Of a stretch of 40,363 nt of DNA, positions 24,435 through 36,129 are shown one piece after another (positions within the stretch are counted from its first letter, which is position 1; every line of letters starts with the position of its first letter). Under the pieces are notes generated by a model that was not told the origin of the DNA, made no database searches, and saw only the letters and a list, made by a program, of their open reading frames with translations. The translations under genes and the position numbers were made by a program. The DNA is from an uncultured Verrucomicrobiota bacterium (lineage in GTDB: Bacteria > Verrucomicrobiota > Kiritimatiellia > RFP12 > UBA1067), in the NCBI GenBank assembly GCA_945613785.1, contig CALZAJ010000001.1, forward strand, positions 1 through 40,363, read 5' to 3'.

Positions 24435-25667
24435 TTACTTCGCGGTGCGCTTCTTGCGCGGATTGGGCTGGCCGATCTCCTGCAGCATCTTGCGGAAGGA
24501 GCCCTTGCGGACGTTGAACGGCTTGCCGCCCTTGATGCGCGAGAACTCGCACGCGCGGATCTTCGCCGCGGCGTTCTCGTCCGGTCCGACGACGCCCGAC
24601 TCGCCGTTGAGGGCGCACTCGACCGCCTTGCGGGCGCACTTCTCGATGAGCTTCAGGTCCTTCTTGTTCGGCGCCGCCGCACGGGCAAAGTAGCCGCTCT
24701 TGAACACCTGGACCTTCTCGGCCTTGAGGAGCTCGCCGAAGCGCTTGCCGACGTACTGGCCGACGTTGACCTTGTCGAGACGCGGATGACCGAAGGCATC
24801 AACCGGAACGTCCTCGCCACGCTTCTTCATCTCGGCGATGATGTCCGCCACGCCCGCACCCTCGGAGACGAAGATGTTGACGCTGTCGACCTTGTCCATG
24901 ATCGGGAGAAGGCGCGCGGCCTCGGCCTTGAAGTCGATCTTGGATTCCGGCACGTAGACGGCATGGACATCCTGGCGCGCACGCGTGAGGTTGAACCCGT
25001 CCAAGAACTTCGTGCGGTTGAGCATTTTGCGATAGTACTGGGCCGTCTTGTAGGTCAGCCAGCCGCAGTTACGGCCCATGACCTCGTGAATCGTCAGGGC
25101 GCGCGGATTGGCGCTGTTCTCCTTGACGACGTTCATGAAGAACTTCGCACCCTCTTCGGCCGCCGTCCAGGCGCCGAGGGACTGCTTGATCGGGAAGACG
25201 TCGTTGTCAATCGTCTTCGGCAGACCGACGACGATGAGCGGATAGTTGTTCGTCGCGAGGTACGCGGCGAGATCGGCCGCCGTCGTGTTCGTGTCGTCGC
25301 CACCGATCGTGTGAAGGACGTCGACGCCGTCCTTGACGAGCTGGTCGGCCGCGACCTTGAGCGGATCCTCGCCTTCCTTGACGAGACCGCGCTTGACGCA
25401 GTCCTTGACATTCGTCAGCTTCACACGGCTGTTGCCAATCGGGGAGCCGCCATGCTTCGTGAGGATGAGCGCGTTCTTGCGGACCTCATCCGTCACCGGG
25501 ATGGACTGACCCTTCAGGAGACCCATGTAGCCGTTCACGTAACCGATCATCTGCACGTTCGGCGCGACCTTGTTGTACTCGTCGATGAGGAACCCGATCG
25601 AGGAGCTGAGGCACGGAGCGAGACCGCCAGCCGTCAGGAACGCAACCTTCTTCACTTCTTTCGCCAT
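24435..25667 (-). CDS. pfp: Pyrophosphate-dependent 6-phosphofructokinase
   Basis: 410 aa. It has TIGGDDTNT (Asp where ATP-PFKs have Gly) and PKTIDNDV (Lys where ATP-PFKs have Gly). These are the two classical PPi-specificity residues. Confidence 0.9.
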   Translation of the reverse strand: MAKEVKKVAFLTAGGLAPCLSSSIGFLIDEYNKVAPNVQMIGYVNGYMGLLKGQSIPVTDEVRKNALILTKHGGSPIGNSRVKLTNVKDCVKRGLVKEGEDPLKVAADQLVKDGVDVLHTIGGDDTNTTAADLAAYLATNNYPLIVVGLPKTIDNDVFPIKQSLGAWTAAEEGAKFFMNVVKENSANPRALTIHEVMGRNCGWLTYKTAQYYRKMLNRTKFLDGFNLTRARQDVHAVYVPESKIDFKAEAARLLPIMDKVDSVNIFVSEGAGVADIIAEMKKRGEDVPVDAFGHPRLDKVNVGQYVGKRFGELLKAEKVQVFKSGYFARAAAPNKKDLKLIEKCARKAVECALNGESGVVGPDENAAAKIRACEFSRIKGGKPFNVRKGSFRKMLQEIGQPNPRKKRTAK

Positions 25668-25752
25668 CTTCTTATCTCTCTTTCTCTATATTTAGGATAT
25701 TCTAAATCCAGTTGTAAAATCCAACACCCCAAGAACCAGACAATCAGTCTGT

Positions 25753-26214
25753 TCAGATCTGCTTGAGCACGTTCGCCATCTCGATCGCGCTCTGCATCAC
25801 CGCAAAGCCCTTGTTGCCCTGCTTGGTGCCGCAACGCTCAACGGCCTGCTCGAGATTCTCGGCCGACACGATGCCGTCGAGAACCGGAACGCCCGCGTGA
25901 AGCGAAATCTTGGAGAACGCCATCGCCGTCGTGCCGTTGATGAGCGAAGCGTGCGTCGTCGCACCCTGCACCACCGCGCCAAGGCACACGACCGCATCCA
26001 CGCCCTGCTTCCCGGCGAGCTTCTGCGCCACGACCGGAATCTCATAAGCGCCCGGCACACGCACCAGCGTCAGATTCTTCTCATCACCGCCCATGCGCAC
26101 AAAGGCATCCGCGGCACCCTTCACGAGCTGCTCGGTGAGGAAGCTGTTGAAGCGGCTCACAACGACCGCCACCTTCAGTCCCTTGGCAATCAGCTCTCCG
26201 TTAATCTCTTTCAT
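25753..26214 (-). CDS. ribH: 6,7-dimethyl-8-ribityllumazine synthase
   Basis: 153 aa with VAVVVSRFNSFLTEQL, VPGAYEIP, and ALGAVV.G.T.H blocks. Confidence 0.95.
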   Translation of the reverse strand: MKEINGELIAKGLKVAVVVSRFNSFLTEQLVKGAADAFVRMGGDEKNLTLVRVPGAYEIPVVAQKLAGKQGVDAVVCLGAVVQGATTHASLINGTTAMAFSKISLHAGVPVLDGIVSAENLEQAVERCGTKQGNKGFAVMQSAIEMANVLKQI

Positions 26215-26248
26215 CGATTATCTCTTTCCTTTTCAGAAAAACAGTAAA

Positions 26249-26277
26249 ATACTATCAAATATCGGTTGGCTTGTCAA
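26249..26277 (-). promoter_or_regulatory. Sigma70-type promoter for ribH
   Basis: The minus strand reads TTGACA-N17-TAGTAT. This leaves only a ~28-nt leader with an AAAGGAAAGAG Shine-Dalgarno. Confidence 0.5.
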
Positions 26278-26343
26278 AACACCTCCGCGAAAAGAGCTCT
26301 TGACAAATCCATCATTTTTTGTTCCAAATCTTCAATATCTGAG

Positions 26344-27018
26344 TTATTTCACGATCGCCACGCCAGCCGAGCAGCCCAAACGCGTCGCACCTGCCTTAAT
26401 CATCGCCAAAGCGTCACTTTTCGTGCGAATACCGCCTGCTGCCTTGACGCCCATCTTCTTGCCGACCATCTTGCGCATCAGCTTCACGTCCTCGACCGTC
26501 GCCCCGCCTGTTCCGAATCCGGTCGAGGTCTTCACGAAATCAAAGCCCGCTGACTTCGCCATCTTGCAGGCGTAAATCTTCTCTTCCTTCGTCAAATAGC
26601 AACATTCAAGAATCAGTTTTGTGAGGGTTTGAGAGTTTGATTCTTTGATTGTTTGATTGATGGTCTTCCAGCTGGCAAGCTGCATCTGAGCTTCTTTGCT
26701 TTCAGGACCCTTTGCGCAGGCGACCTTAGTCTGTGCGACGTTAATGACGAAATCGAGTTCGGTTGCGCCATCTTCCTGCGAATTAATCGCCTCGAAGAGA
26801 ATCGTTTCGGGCGTATTCTGTCCAAGCGGGAACCCGATGACCGTACAGACCTCGACATTCGTCCCCTTCAACAGCTTCGCGCACCGCGCAACTTCGCAAG
26901 GATGGACGCAAACAGAGGCAAATCCATACTTTTTCGCCTCGCGGCACAACTTGGCAATGTCAGCGGGCGAACCATTCGGCTTGAGGAAAGTATGATCGAT
27001 ATATTTGGCGAGTTCCAT
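26344..27018 (-). CDS. deoC: Deoxyribose-phosphate aldolase (short class)
   Basis: 224 aa with [30 protein letters not shown] (Schiff-base Lys) and KAAGGIR. Confidence 0.95.
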   Translation of the reverse strand: MELAKYIDHTFLKPNGSPADIAKLCREAKKYGFASVCVHPCEVARCAKLLKGTNVEVCTVIGFPLGQNTPETILFEAINSQEDGATELDFVINVAQTKVACAKGPESKEAQMQLASWKTINQTIKESNSQTLTKLILECCYLTKEEKIYACKMAKSAGFDFVKTSTGFGTGGATVEDVKLMRKMVGKKMGVKAAGGIRTKSDALAMIKAGATRLGCSAGVAIVK

Positions 27019-27039
27019 GCGTGCGCTCCTTATATGTTA

Positions 27040-27726
27040 TTAGTTCGCGTAGAGAATGTCTTCCGGCGGTTCTGCGGCGAAAGTGACGGTTTTGCCCGTC
27101 ACAGGGTGAGGAAATGAAAGTTCAACGGCGTGCAGGAGGGTTCGTTTCGGACGCATCCGCAGATGTCGGTCCTTCGCCGCATCGCCATAAAGCGAATCTC
27201 CCGCAATCGGATGACCGAGGTGCGCGGCATGGACACGAATCTGATGGGTTCGCCCCGTCTCAATCCGGAATTCGACGAGGGCAATCGGGCCCTGCTTGCC
27301 AAGGACCATCCAGTGCGTGACCGCGCGCTTGCCGTCCGGAACATCGACCGCCATCCGCTTCGGATCCCACGGCTTGCGTCCGATCGTCGTCTCAAGGCGC
27401 CCCGTCTTCGTCTTCGGCGCCCCGTGAAGCACCGCCAGGTAAGTCTTTTTCACCTGACTGTGAGACTCAAAGGCCTCGCGCAACTTCAGGTAGGCGCGCT
27501 GGGTCTTGGCGAAGACCATCACGCCGCTGGTATCCGCATCAAGACGATGAACGACCCCCGGACGCTCCCGGCTGCCGACGGACGCCAGGGCGGGGCAATG
27601 TTCGACCAGGGCGTCCGAAAGCGTGCCCGTCTCATGGCCAGGTGACGGATGAACATACATCCCCGCCGGCTTGTCGACGACGAGGATGTCCGTGTCTTCG
27701 AAGAGTATGTCGACCGAGTCGGACAC
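27040..27726 (-). CDS. RluA-family pseudouridine synthase (no S4 domain)
   Basis: GTG start immediately after the mscS stop. Motifs VVDKPAGMYVHP, HRLDADTSGVMVFAKT and HQIRVH. Confidence 0.9.
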   Translation of the reverse strand: MSDSVDILFEDTDILVVDKPAGMYVHPSPGHETGTLSDALVEHCPALASVGSRERPGVVHRLDADTSGVMVFAKTQRAYLKLREAFESHSQVKKTYLAVLHGAPKTKTGRLETTIGRKPWDPKRMAVDVPDGKRAVTHWMVLGKQGPIALVEFRIETGRTHQIRVHAAHLGHPIAGDSLYGDAAKDRHLRMRPKRTLLHAVELSFPHPVTGKTVTFAAEPPEDILYAN

Positions 27727-28629
27727 TTACTTCGCCGCGGTGTGAACCATGACCTGCGGGAACGGAATCTCGATGCCCGCGCGATCCAATTCCTCCTTGA
27801 CCGCCTGGAGAACGCCCGAGTAGACGGCCCAGTAGTCGCCGGTCTTGGACCAGGGACGGACGTTCATCGTGACCTGACTCTCGTCGAGGCCCGCCACCGC
27901 CACGGCCGGCGCCGGCTCGGCCAGCACGCCCGGGACCTTGGCGACAGTCTCCCGGATGACGGAGATCGCACGTTCAACGTTCTCGCCGTACGCGATGCCG
28001 ACCTGAAGATCGACGCGGCGCTTGTCGAGCGCGCTGTAGTTGACGATCGGACCACCCCAGACGCTCTTGTTCGGCAGGACGATGCGCTTGTTGTCGGCCG
28101 TCGCCATCACCGTGGCCATCATGTTGACTTCGACGATCGCGCCCGTGTGGCCCGCGGCATCGACAACATCGCCGACCTTGAACGGCTCGTTGATGGCAAT
28201 CATCATGCCCGAAGCGAGGTTGCCAAGGGACTCCTGGAACGCAAAGCCGAGGATGAAGCCCGTCACGCCGAAACCCGCGATGAGCGGAGCGACATCGACG
28301 CCAAGACGGCCGAGGACCATCACGAGAAGGATCGCCCAGCAGATCTTCATCACGACGGACGAAACAAACGAGGTGAAAAGCGTCTTCTTCTTGCCATTGC
28401 GCGTGAGGGCACGCAGAACGGCCGCGCCAATCAGGCGAATCACGAGCCAGCCAACAAGGAAGATCAACGCCGCGGAAATGACATTAATCGCAAAATCCAC
28501 GCCTTTTTCAGAAATCCAGGTTACAATCTGCTGATACAGGTCCTGTCCGGCGGACAGCTGGGAACTCAGGCTGTTAGCAACGACTGCTTTCACGCCGACG
28601 GACGCGTTCGCGACTTCATTTGTTGGCAT
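27727..28629 (-). CDS. mscS: Small-conductance mechanosensitive channel (MscS family)
   Basis: 300 aa. PFKVGDVVDAAGHTGAIVEVNMMATVMATADNKRIVLPNKSV aligns closely with the E. coli MscS beta-domain. Confidence 0.85.
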   Translation of the reverse strand: MPTNEVANASVGVKAVVANSLSSQLSAGQDLYQQIVTWISEKGVDFAINVISAALIFLVGWLVIRLIGAAVLRALTRNGKKKTLFTSFVSSVVMKICWAILLVMVLGRLGVDVAPLIAGFGVTGFILGFAFQESLGNLASGMMIAINEPFKVGDVVDAAGHTGAIVEVNMMATVMATADNKRIVLPNKSVWGGPIVNYSALDKRRVDLQVGIAYGENVERAISVIRETVAKVPGVLAEPAPAVAVAGLDESQVTMNVRPWSKTGDYWAVYSGVLQAVKEELDRAGIEIPFPQVMVHTAAK

Positions 28630-28655
28630 TTTTTATTTCTCCTCGGGGATTGTCG

Positions 28656-30092
28656 TCATATTATATCATCTTTCGCGCGTTGTAGACGCGCCAGCAACCA
28701 GAGAAAAAGTGCACAGGCGACATACCAGAGGGCACATTCCCACAACGGCCAGCTGGGAACGGTCAGCGAGGCGCCCGGCACATCCGCCACGGCATCCGAA
28801 ATCAAGGCCATGGTCCGAGACATCAGGCCCGCCAGGTTGTTCAGATGGACAGCGCAGTCCGCCGAGACATAGCTCGTCAGCATCCCCAGCGCACCTGAGA
28901 CGACGCCAACCGTCGCCAACGGCAGGACGGCCAGGTTGGAGAAGAGTCCACCCGGCGTCAGGCGTCCGAACACACGCGCGGCAATCGGCACGCCCGCCCC
29001 CCAGGCGATGAGCGAGAATAGGAGCACCGACGCGACGTGTCCGCGTCCCTTCAGACACCGCGCCCCGAGAATCAGCGCGAACATCACGGCAAACGACATC
29101 TGGCTGCCGACATCCGTCAGCCGCTCGGGCGCGAGCACATGGACGAGCAGAAAGGCCTGGGCCCAGGCGACCATGCCGTTCGGACGACGCCAGAAGACCG
29201 GTGCCAGCGCATGAAACGACACCATCAGCGTGGCACGCACCGCACTCGGAGGAAAACCGATCATCGCCACATAGAACCAAAGGACGGGTATCAGCACGAG
29301 GCCGGCGAACCTCACGGGCAAGGCCAGGAAGAGCAAGAGGTAAATGACGATCCGCGCCAGGACCATCACATGCAGTCCCGAGATGGCGAAGACATGGATC
29401 GTGCCGGCCAACACGAACCGCTCCTTCGCTTCACGGGCGATCTCACGCCGCTCGCCCAACAGCATCGCCCGATTCATCGCCGCCGACGGGGGATCGTGCT
29501 CGAGCCCGAGACCGACCCGCCGTGACAGGTCGCGCCGCAGGCCGGCCAAGAAGACCGAGAGGTCCGAAGGACGCGCGCGGCGGACGGCCGAGGTGCCGGG
29601 ACCACGGACCCACAGGGCACGTGCCTGACCAGGGGGCGGACGCTTTCGGGCCAGCCAGCCCGTACAGTCCCAGGTCTCGCCAGGCGTCGGCTCCTGGACG
29701 AATGCGTCGGCGAGACCAACGACCCGCAAACGCACCGGACCGGCCGTGCCGTCAAAGGAGAGGAAACGCACGCCGCGCGCGTCCGTACGGACCACGCACG
29801 GGGCCGAGACGCGCACGCACATCGTCTGGGGGCAGCTCATGTCGCCACGGAGCACCTCGTTCAACACGGCCTCCCGTGCCAGCACCGCTCCAAAAGCCAG
29901 CGCCAGTCCGGACAGGAAAACCGCCAGGAGCGTCCACCCCCGAAGCTTCAGGCCAAAGCCGAAGAGCGAACAGAGCAGCAGCGAACCCAACACCACGGGC
30001 TCGAGCGCGGCAAAGCGTTCGGCACAGAATCCGCAGGCCTCGCCCAAGGCGAGGGCCCCACAGCAAGATAGCCAGTTGCGTTCGGTCGTCAT
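28656..30092 (-). CDS. comEC: ComEC/Rec2-family DNA internalisation channel protein (no metallo-beta-lactamase domain visible)
   Basis: 478 aa. It has an N-terminal OB-like region and a competence domain with GTIHVFAISGLHV. I found no HxHxDH motif. Confidence 0.8.
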   Translation of the reverse strand: MTTERNWLSCCGALALGEACGFCAERFAALEPVVLGSLLLCSLFGFGLKLRGWTLLAVFLSGLALAFGAVLAREAVLNEVLRGDMSCPQTMCVRVSAPCVVRTDARGVRFLSFDGTAGPVRLRVVGLADAFVQEPTPGETWDCTGWLARKRPPPGQARALWVRGPGTSAVRRARPSDLSVFLAGLRRDLSRRVGLGLEHDPPSAAMNRAMLLGERREIAREAKERFVLAGTIHVFAISGLHVMVLARIVIYLLLFLALPVRFAGLVLIPVLWFYVAMIGFPPSAVRATLMVSFHALAPVFWRRPNGMVAWAQAFLLVHVLAPERLTDVGSQMSFAVMFALILGARCLKGRGHVASVLLFSLIAWGAGVPIAARVFGRLTPGGLFSNLAVLPLATVGVVSGALGMLTSYVSADCAVHLNNLAGLMSRTMALISDAVADVPGASLTVPSWPLWECALWYVACALFLWLLARLQRAKDDII

Positions 30093-30198
30093 GATGTCTC
30101 CACAGGAACGAGAACATCATAGCGAATCCGGGAAAACGAAGTGTCTTCAGAATGTCCGCAAAGTGTCCTTTTTTCGGGACACTTCGCGGCGGCCGAAA

Positions 30199-31077
30199 TC
30201 AAAGCTCGGCGATCAGGAGGGACGAACGGTGCGGCAGCAGCATCTCGATCTCCGTGCGGTCCGCGGCAGAAAACCAGATGCCCTTCTCGGCCAGGAAGGG
30301 ACGGAGATTGGCCGGCGTCTCATAGGACCCGATCGCGCCCGTGACGGAATCACGCAGATCATAGCGCTTGAAGAACTTGCCGTTCAGCTGGAGGTCGGCC
30401 GTGCGCGTGCGCACATACACAATCAGGTTGAACCGCGGATGGTTCATGACCAGGACCTTGTCGCGTCCCGCCCGGAGCTTCTCCAGGTCAAGCCCTGGGT
30501 TGAGCTTGCGCAGGGACGCCAGCGTCGACCCGTGCTCCTGGGCGATGCGCGTAGCGGAGTCGCCGGCCTTGACCTTGACCTCGGAAACCCATTGGGCGTT
30601 CTTCCCGTCAAAGAGCCAGGAAAGATTGAGGGCACCCAGGCGCCGCGCCAATACGTCGTCGAGGTCGGCGGCCGGCTGACCCGGCAGGAGCCGAATCTGT
30701 TCAATCGTCGTGACCGCCAGCGCGAGGTCCCGCTCCTGTTCCGCGGCCTCCAGACGGAGGAGCAGGTTGCGGACCTGCGGCGAACGTGACGCGATGTCGT
30801 TGACGACCACCACATTGTGCGGCACTTCGACGACCGGCGGGGGCGGCGGGGTCTGTTCCTGCGGCCGAGGCTCGACGGCCTCCTGCACGATCTCCGGCGG
30901 CGTCTCGACCGTCATGTCCTCCGCCTGCGGCGACTTGCGCCGACAGAGCGTGACGACCAAGGAGACGGCCGCCGCCAAGAGCACGAGAATGACAAGCCAA
31001 CCGAAGGGCCCCAAGGGGTGTTCGTCCCTGCGACCCGGATTATACTCGATTCCGTAGATGCCCCTGGCGAGCGACAT
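30199..31077 (-). CDS. Membrane-anchored LysM-domain protein with a Pro-rich linker
   Basis: TM helix WLVILVLLAAAVSLVVTL, linker PPPPP, and LysM-like VKVKAGDSATRIAQEHGSTLASLRKLNP. The C-terminal ~90 aa resemble the first half of a YkuD fold but lack the His and Cys. Confidence 0.6.
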   Translation of the reverse strand: MSLARGIYGIEYNPGRRDEHPLGPFGWLVILVLLAAAVSLVVTLCRRKSPQAEDMTVETPPEIVQEAVEPRPQEQTPPPPPVVEVPHNVVVVNDIASRSPQVRNLLLRLEAAEQERDLALAVTTIEQIRLLPGQPAADLDDVLARRLGALNLSWLFDGKNAQWVSEVKVKAGDSATRIAQEHGSTLASLRKLNPGLDLEKLRAGRDKVLVMNHPRFNLIVYVRTRTADLQLNGKFFKRYDLRDSVTGAIGSYETPANLRPFLAEKGIWFSAADRTEIEMLLPHRSSLLIAEL

Positions 31078-31086
31078 CGTCCCGTC

Positions 31087-33746
<2,660 letters not shown>

Positions 33747-33766
<20 letters not shown>

Positions 33767-33911
33767 GGTCCTTTTCGCCGCTGTCGCGCTCTCCCTTCTG
33801 GCGGGTTGCATCGCCGACTCGCCGGAAGACACGGAGTTGCCGTGGAGCACGAACAAGTCCTGGGAAGGCATGGCGCCAATCGCCCCTTCCGTGATGGATC
33901 GATACGACTAA
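33747..33911 (+). CDS. Small lipoprotein (54 aa) overlapping the 3' end of the upstream gene
   Basis: Internal ATG of ORF 33633-33911. The product MSSSLTKVLFAAVALSLLAGC has a lipobox (LAGC). It overlaps the upstream CDS by 20 nt. Confidence 0.5.
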
Positions 33912-33933
33912 GCTGACAGATGGTTGTAAAGCG

Positions 33934-34872
33934 ATGATTACCAATCAGGTGCTAATCAACAAAGAGGGCGGCGTTCGACTGGACGCCGCCTTGCTTTTGG
34001 CCTATCCGAGTTCTGCACGCGCGTTCGTTCGCGAGGCCATCGAGGCCGGCGACGTGCTGGTGAACGGTCGGCGTGCGGCGAAGGGCCTCAAGCTCCGCGG
34101 CGGCGAGACGATCCAGATCGCCTCCCTCGCCGAAGCCAATGACAACACGGTCGCGCCGAATCCCGACATCCGCCCGCGGGTCGTCTTCGAAGATGCCGCG
34201 CTGCTGGCGCTCGACAAGCCCGCAGGCATGCCCGTCCAACCGCTTTCGCGCGGCGAGCTGACGACCCTCATGAACGGCGTGGTCGCGCGCTATCCCGAAT
34301 GTATTCCCCTGGGGGACAGGCCCCTCATGGCCGGAGCCCTTCATCGCATTGATGCCGATACCTCGGGTCTCGTCCTTGTCGCGCGTTCTGCAGAGTCCTT
34401 CGAGCGGCTACGCAGCCAGTTTACCGAGCAGTCCGTGAAGAAGACCTATCTCGCGCTTGTGGAGGGCTCTGTCGCCGTCGGTGGCACCTTGGAAAACGAC
34501 CTCATCCACGATCCCACCTTGCCCTTCTGCCGGATGATCGATGCGCACCACAACCGCCTGACCCGCGCGCAACAGGAGAAGCTGAGGCCGCTCCATGCCG
34601 TGACCAACTTCGTCCCGATCGGACACACCACCGTCGAGAACGAGGAGCGGACGCTGCTGGAGGTCACGATCTACACGGGCGTCACCCACCAGATCCGCGC
34701 ACAGCTCGCCCTTGCCGGGATGCACATCATCAACGACCGGCTTTACGGAGCCTTCGCCATCGAAGGACAGGACGGCCATTGCCTCCACGCCCTCGCCGCC
34801 AGGTTCCGCCATCCGCTTTCCGGCGACGAAACGGAAATCCGTACACCCTACCCTTCGTGGGCCAACCTCTAA
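33934..34872 (+). CDS. rluD: 23S rRNA pseudouridine synthase, RluD-like (S4 domain plus catalytic domain)
   Basis: 312 aa with an S4-like N-terminus (VLVNGRRAAKGLKLRGGE) and the motifs LDKPAGMPVQP, HRIDADTSGLVLVARS and HQIRAQ. Confidence 0.9.
   Translation: MITNQVLINKEGGVRLDAALLLAYPSSARAFVREAIEAGDVLVNGRRAAKGLKLRGGETIQIASLAEANDNTVAPNPDIRPRVVFEDAALLALDKPAGMPVQPLSRGELTTLMNGVVARYPECIPLGDRPLMAGALHRIDADTSGLVLVARSAESFERLRSQFTEQSVKKTYLALVEGSVAVGGTLENDLIHDPTLPFCRMIDAHHNRLTRAQQEKLRPLHAVTNFVPIGHTTVENEERTLLEVTIYTGVTHQIRAQLALAGMHIINDRLYGAFAIEGQDGHCLHALAARFRHPLSGDETEIRTPYPSWANL
34311..34323 (+). repeat. One-mismatch copy of the 13-mer (GGGGACAGGCCCC)
   Basis: Lies inside rluD and encodes LGDRPL. Confidence 0.8.
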
Positions 34873-34887
34873 GACCAGGAGACTTCC

Positions 34888-35700
34888 ATGCTGCAGCTTC
34901 TCGCCGGCGCACTCACCATCGTCGCAGACATCTTGAACGGACTCTACGGCTGGTCCGGCGCCACCATTGAGGAAATCCAGCCCTCCCCCTACGTCGAACT
35001 CTTGCCCAAGACCGTCTACGGCTGCCAGTTCAGCGTCCTCGCCCTCGGCGGACGCGACGACCTGAAGGGGTCGACCTGGGCCCATCCCTTCATGGGCCTG
35101 CAGGAACGGATGAAGCCCGCCGACACCTCCTACTCCTTCGATCTCGCCGTCCTAGGCAACCTCTCGCGCGGCACGAACGTCGCCTTTAAGGTCGCCGGCC
35201 TCGTCAACTACGACGCCATCCTCGAGAAACATTCGAAGGAAGACGCCGACGAATTCGCCAAGGGCAAGCCCTCCAAGGCCGAGCAGGAAGCGCAGGTCTG
35301 GAAGAAGGACACGACAGAACGTTCGGTCGGCTATCTGCCGCCGTCCCCGCCGGACTACGAAGGTCAGCCCGTCGGACGCGAAACCGGCTTCTTCTTCGCG
35401 GGTGCAGCCAATGTGATGCCTCAGACGGACGTGAGAGGCGTCCAGCTTGCGGGCCTCGTCAATTTCGCCGACGCGATGACGGGCGTACAGCTCGCGGGCC
35501 TCTCCAATACGGCCCACGTGCTCCATGGCGTCCAGATCGCCGCGTGGTGCAACGAAGCGGACGAAGGCGCAGGCGTGCAAATCGGCCTCCTGAACAACGG
35601 ACGCCAGATGAAGGGCCTGCAGATCGGTCTCCTGAACTTCCTGCAACCGAGCGAGAAAGAGGACGGCCGCTTCCTGCCGCTCGTCAACGCCCAGTTCTGA
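34888..35700 (+). CDS. Repeat protein with iterated G-[VL]-Q-[LI]-[AG]-x-[LW]-x-N units, function unknown
   Basis: At least five tandem 14-17-aa units in the C-terminal half: GVQLAGLVNFADAMT / GVQLAGLSNTAHVLH / GVQIAAWCNEADEGA / GVQIGLLNNGRQMK / GLQIGLLNF. An AGGAG Shine-Dalgarno lies upstream. Confidence 0.6.
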   Translation: MLQLLAGALTIVADILNGLYGWSGATIEEIQPSPYVELLPKTVYGCQFSVLALGGRDDLKGSTWAHPFMGLQERMKPADTSYSFDLAVLGNLSRGTNVAFKVAGLVNYDAILEKHSKEDADEFAKGKPSKAEQEAQVWKKDTTERSVGYLPPSPPDYEGQPVGRETGFFFAGAANVMPQTDVRGVQLAGLVNFADAMTGVQLAGLSNTAHVLHGVQIAAWCNEADEGAGVQIGLLNNGRQMKGLQIGLLNFLQPSEKEDGRFLPLVNAQF

Positions 35701-36129
35701 TCAGGCCTCGAACGTCGCGTGGGGGTCTGTCCCCAACCGACGGAATTCCGCCGGCAACAGCTGGGCCGATTCGAGTTCGGCCAACGGACACCACAGGAAC
35801 TCAATCCAGTCTTCCTTGGCCTCCACCTTCAGGTCGGCAACCGTCATCTCATAGACCAGGTTGATCTCCGCATGGGGCTTGCCATGCTGAAGGAAACTGT
35901 TCTCCAGACAGCCGAGAAACCGCCCGGTCTCCGCGGCAAGCCCCGTCTCCTCCTGCATCTCACGGACGAGGGCCTGACGCCCCGTCTCGCCGAACTCGAT
36001 GTGTCCGCCCGGCAGATATGTCGTCGACCCGCCCTTGGCCTTGCACAAGAGCAACCGGCCGTCGACAATGCAAACGCCGCGGGCGATCGTCTCAATGCCC
36101 GCCACCTCGTATTCCTTGAGTTCCGCCAT
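35701..36129 (-). CDS. Nudix hydrolase (candidate dihydroneopterin triphosphate pyrophosphatase by context)
   Basis: A perfect Nudix box, GHIEFGETGRQALVREMQEETGL. The start lies 38 nt inside folB. Confidence 0.85.
   Translation of the reverse strand: MAELKEYEVAGIETIARGVCIVDGRLLLCKAKGGSTTYLPGGHIEFGETGRQALVREMQEETGLAAETGRFLGCLENSFLQHGKPHAEINLVYEMTVADLKVEAKEDWIEFLWCPLAELESAQLLPAEFRRLGTDPHATFEA
35722..35734 (-). repeat. Dispersed perfect copy of the 13-mer (GGGGTCTGTCCCC on the plus strand)
   Basis: It lies 22 nt inside the 3' end of the Nudix gene and encodes LGTDPH. This is where two convergent genes abut with no intergenic gap. Confidence 0.95.

Noticed and set aside
26215-26343. FMN riboswitch upstream of ribH.
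   Set aside because: The gap is only 129 nt. A good TTGACA-N17-TAGTAT promoter inside it leaves a ~28-nt leader, and no conserved FMN-element blocks are visible.
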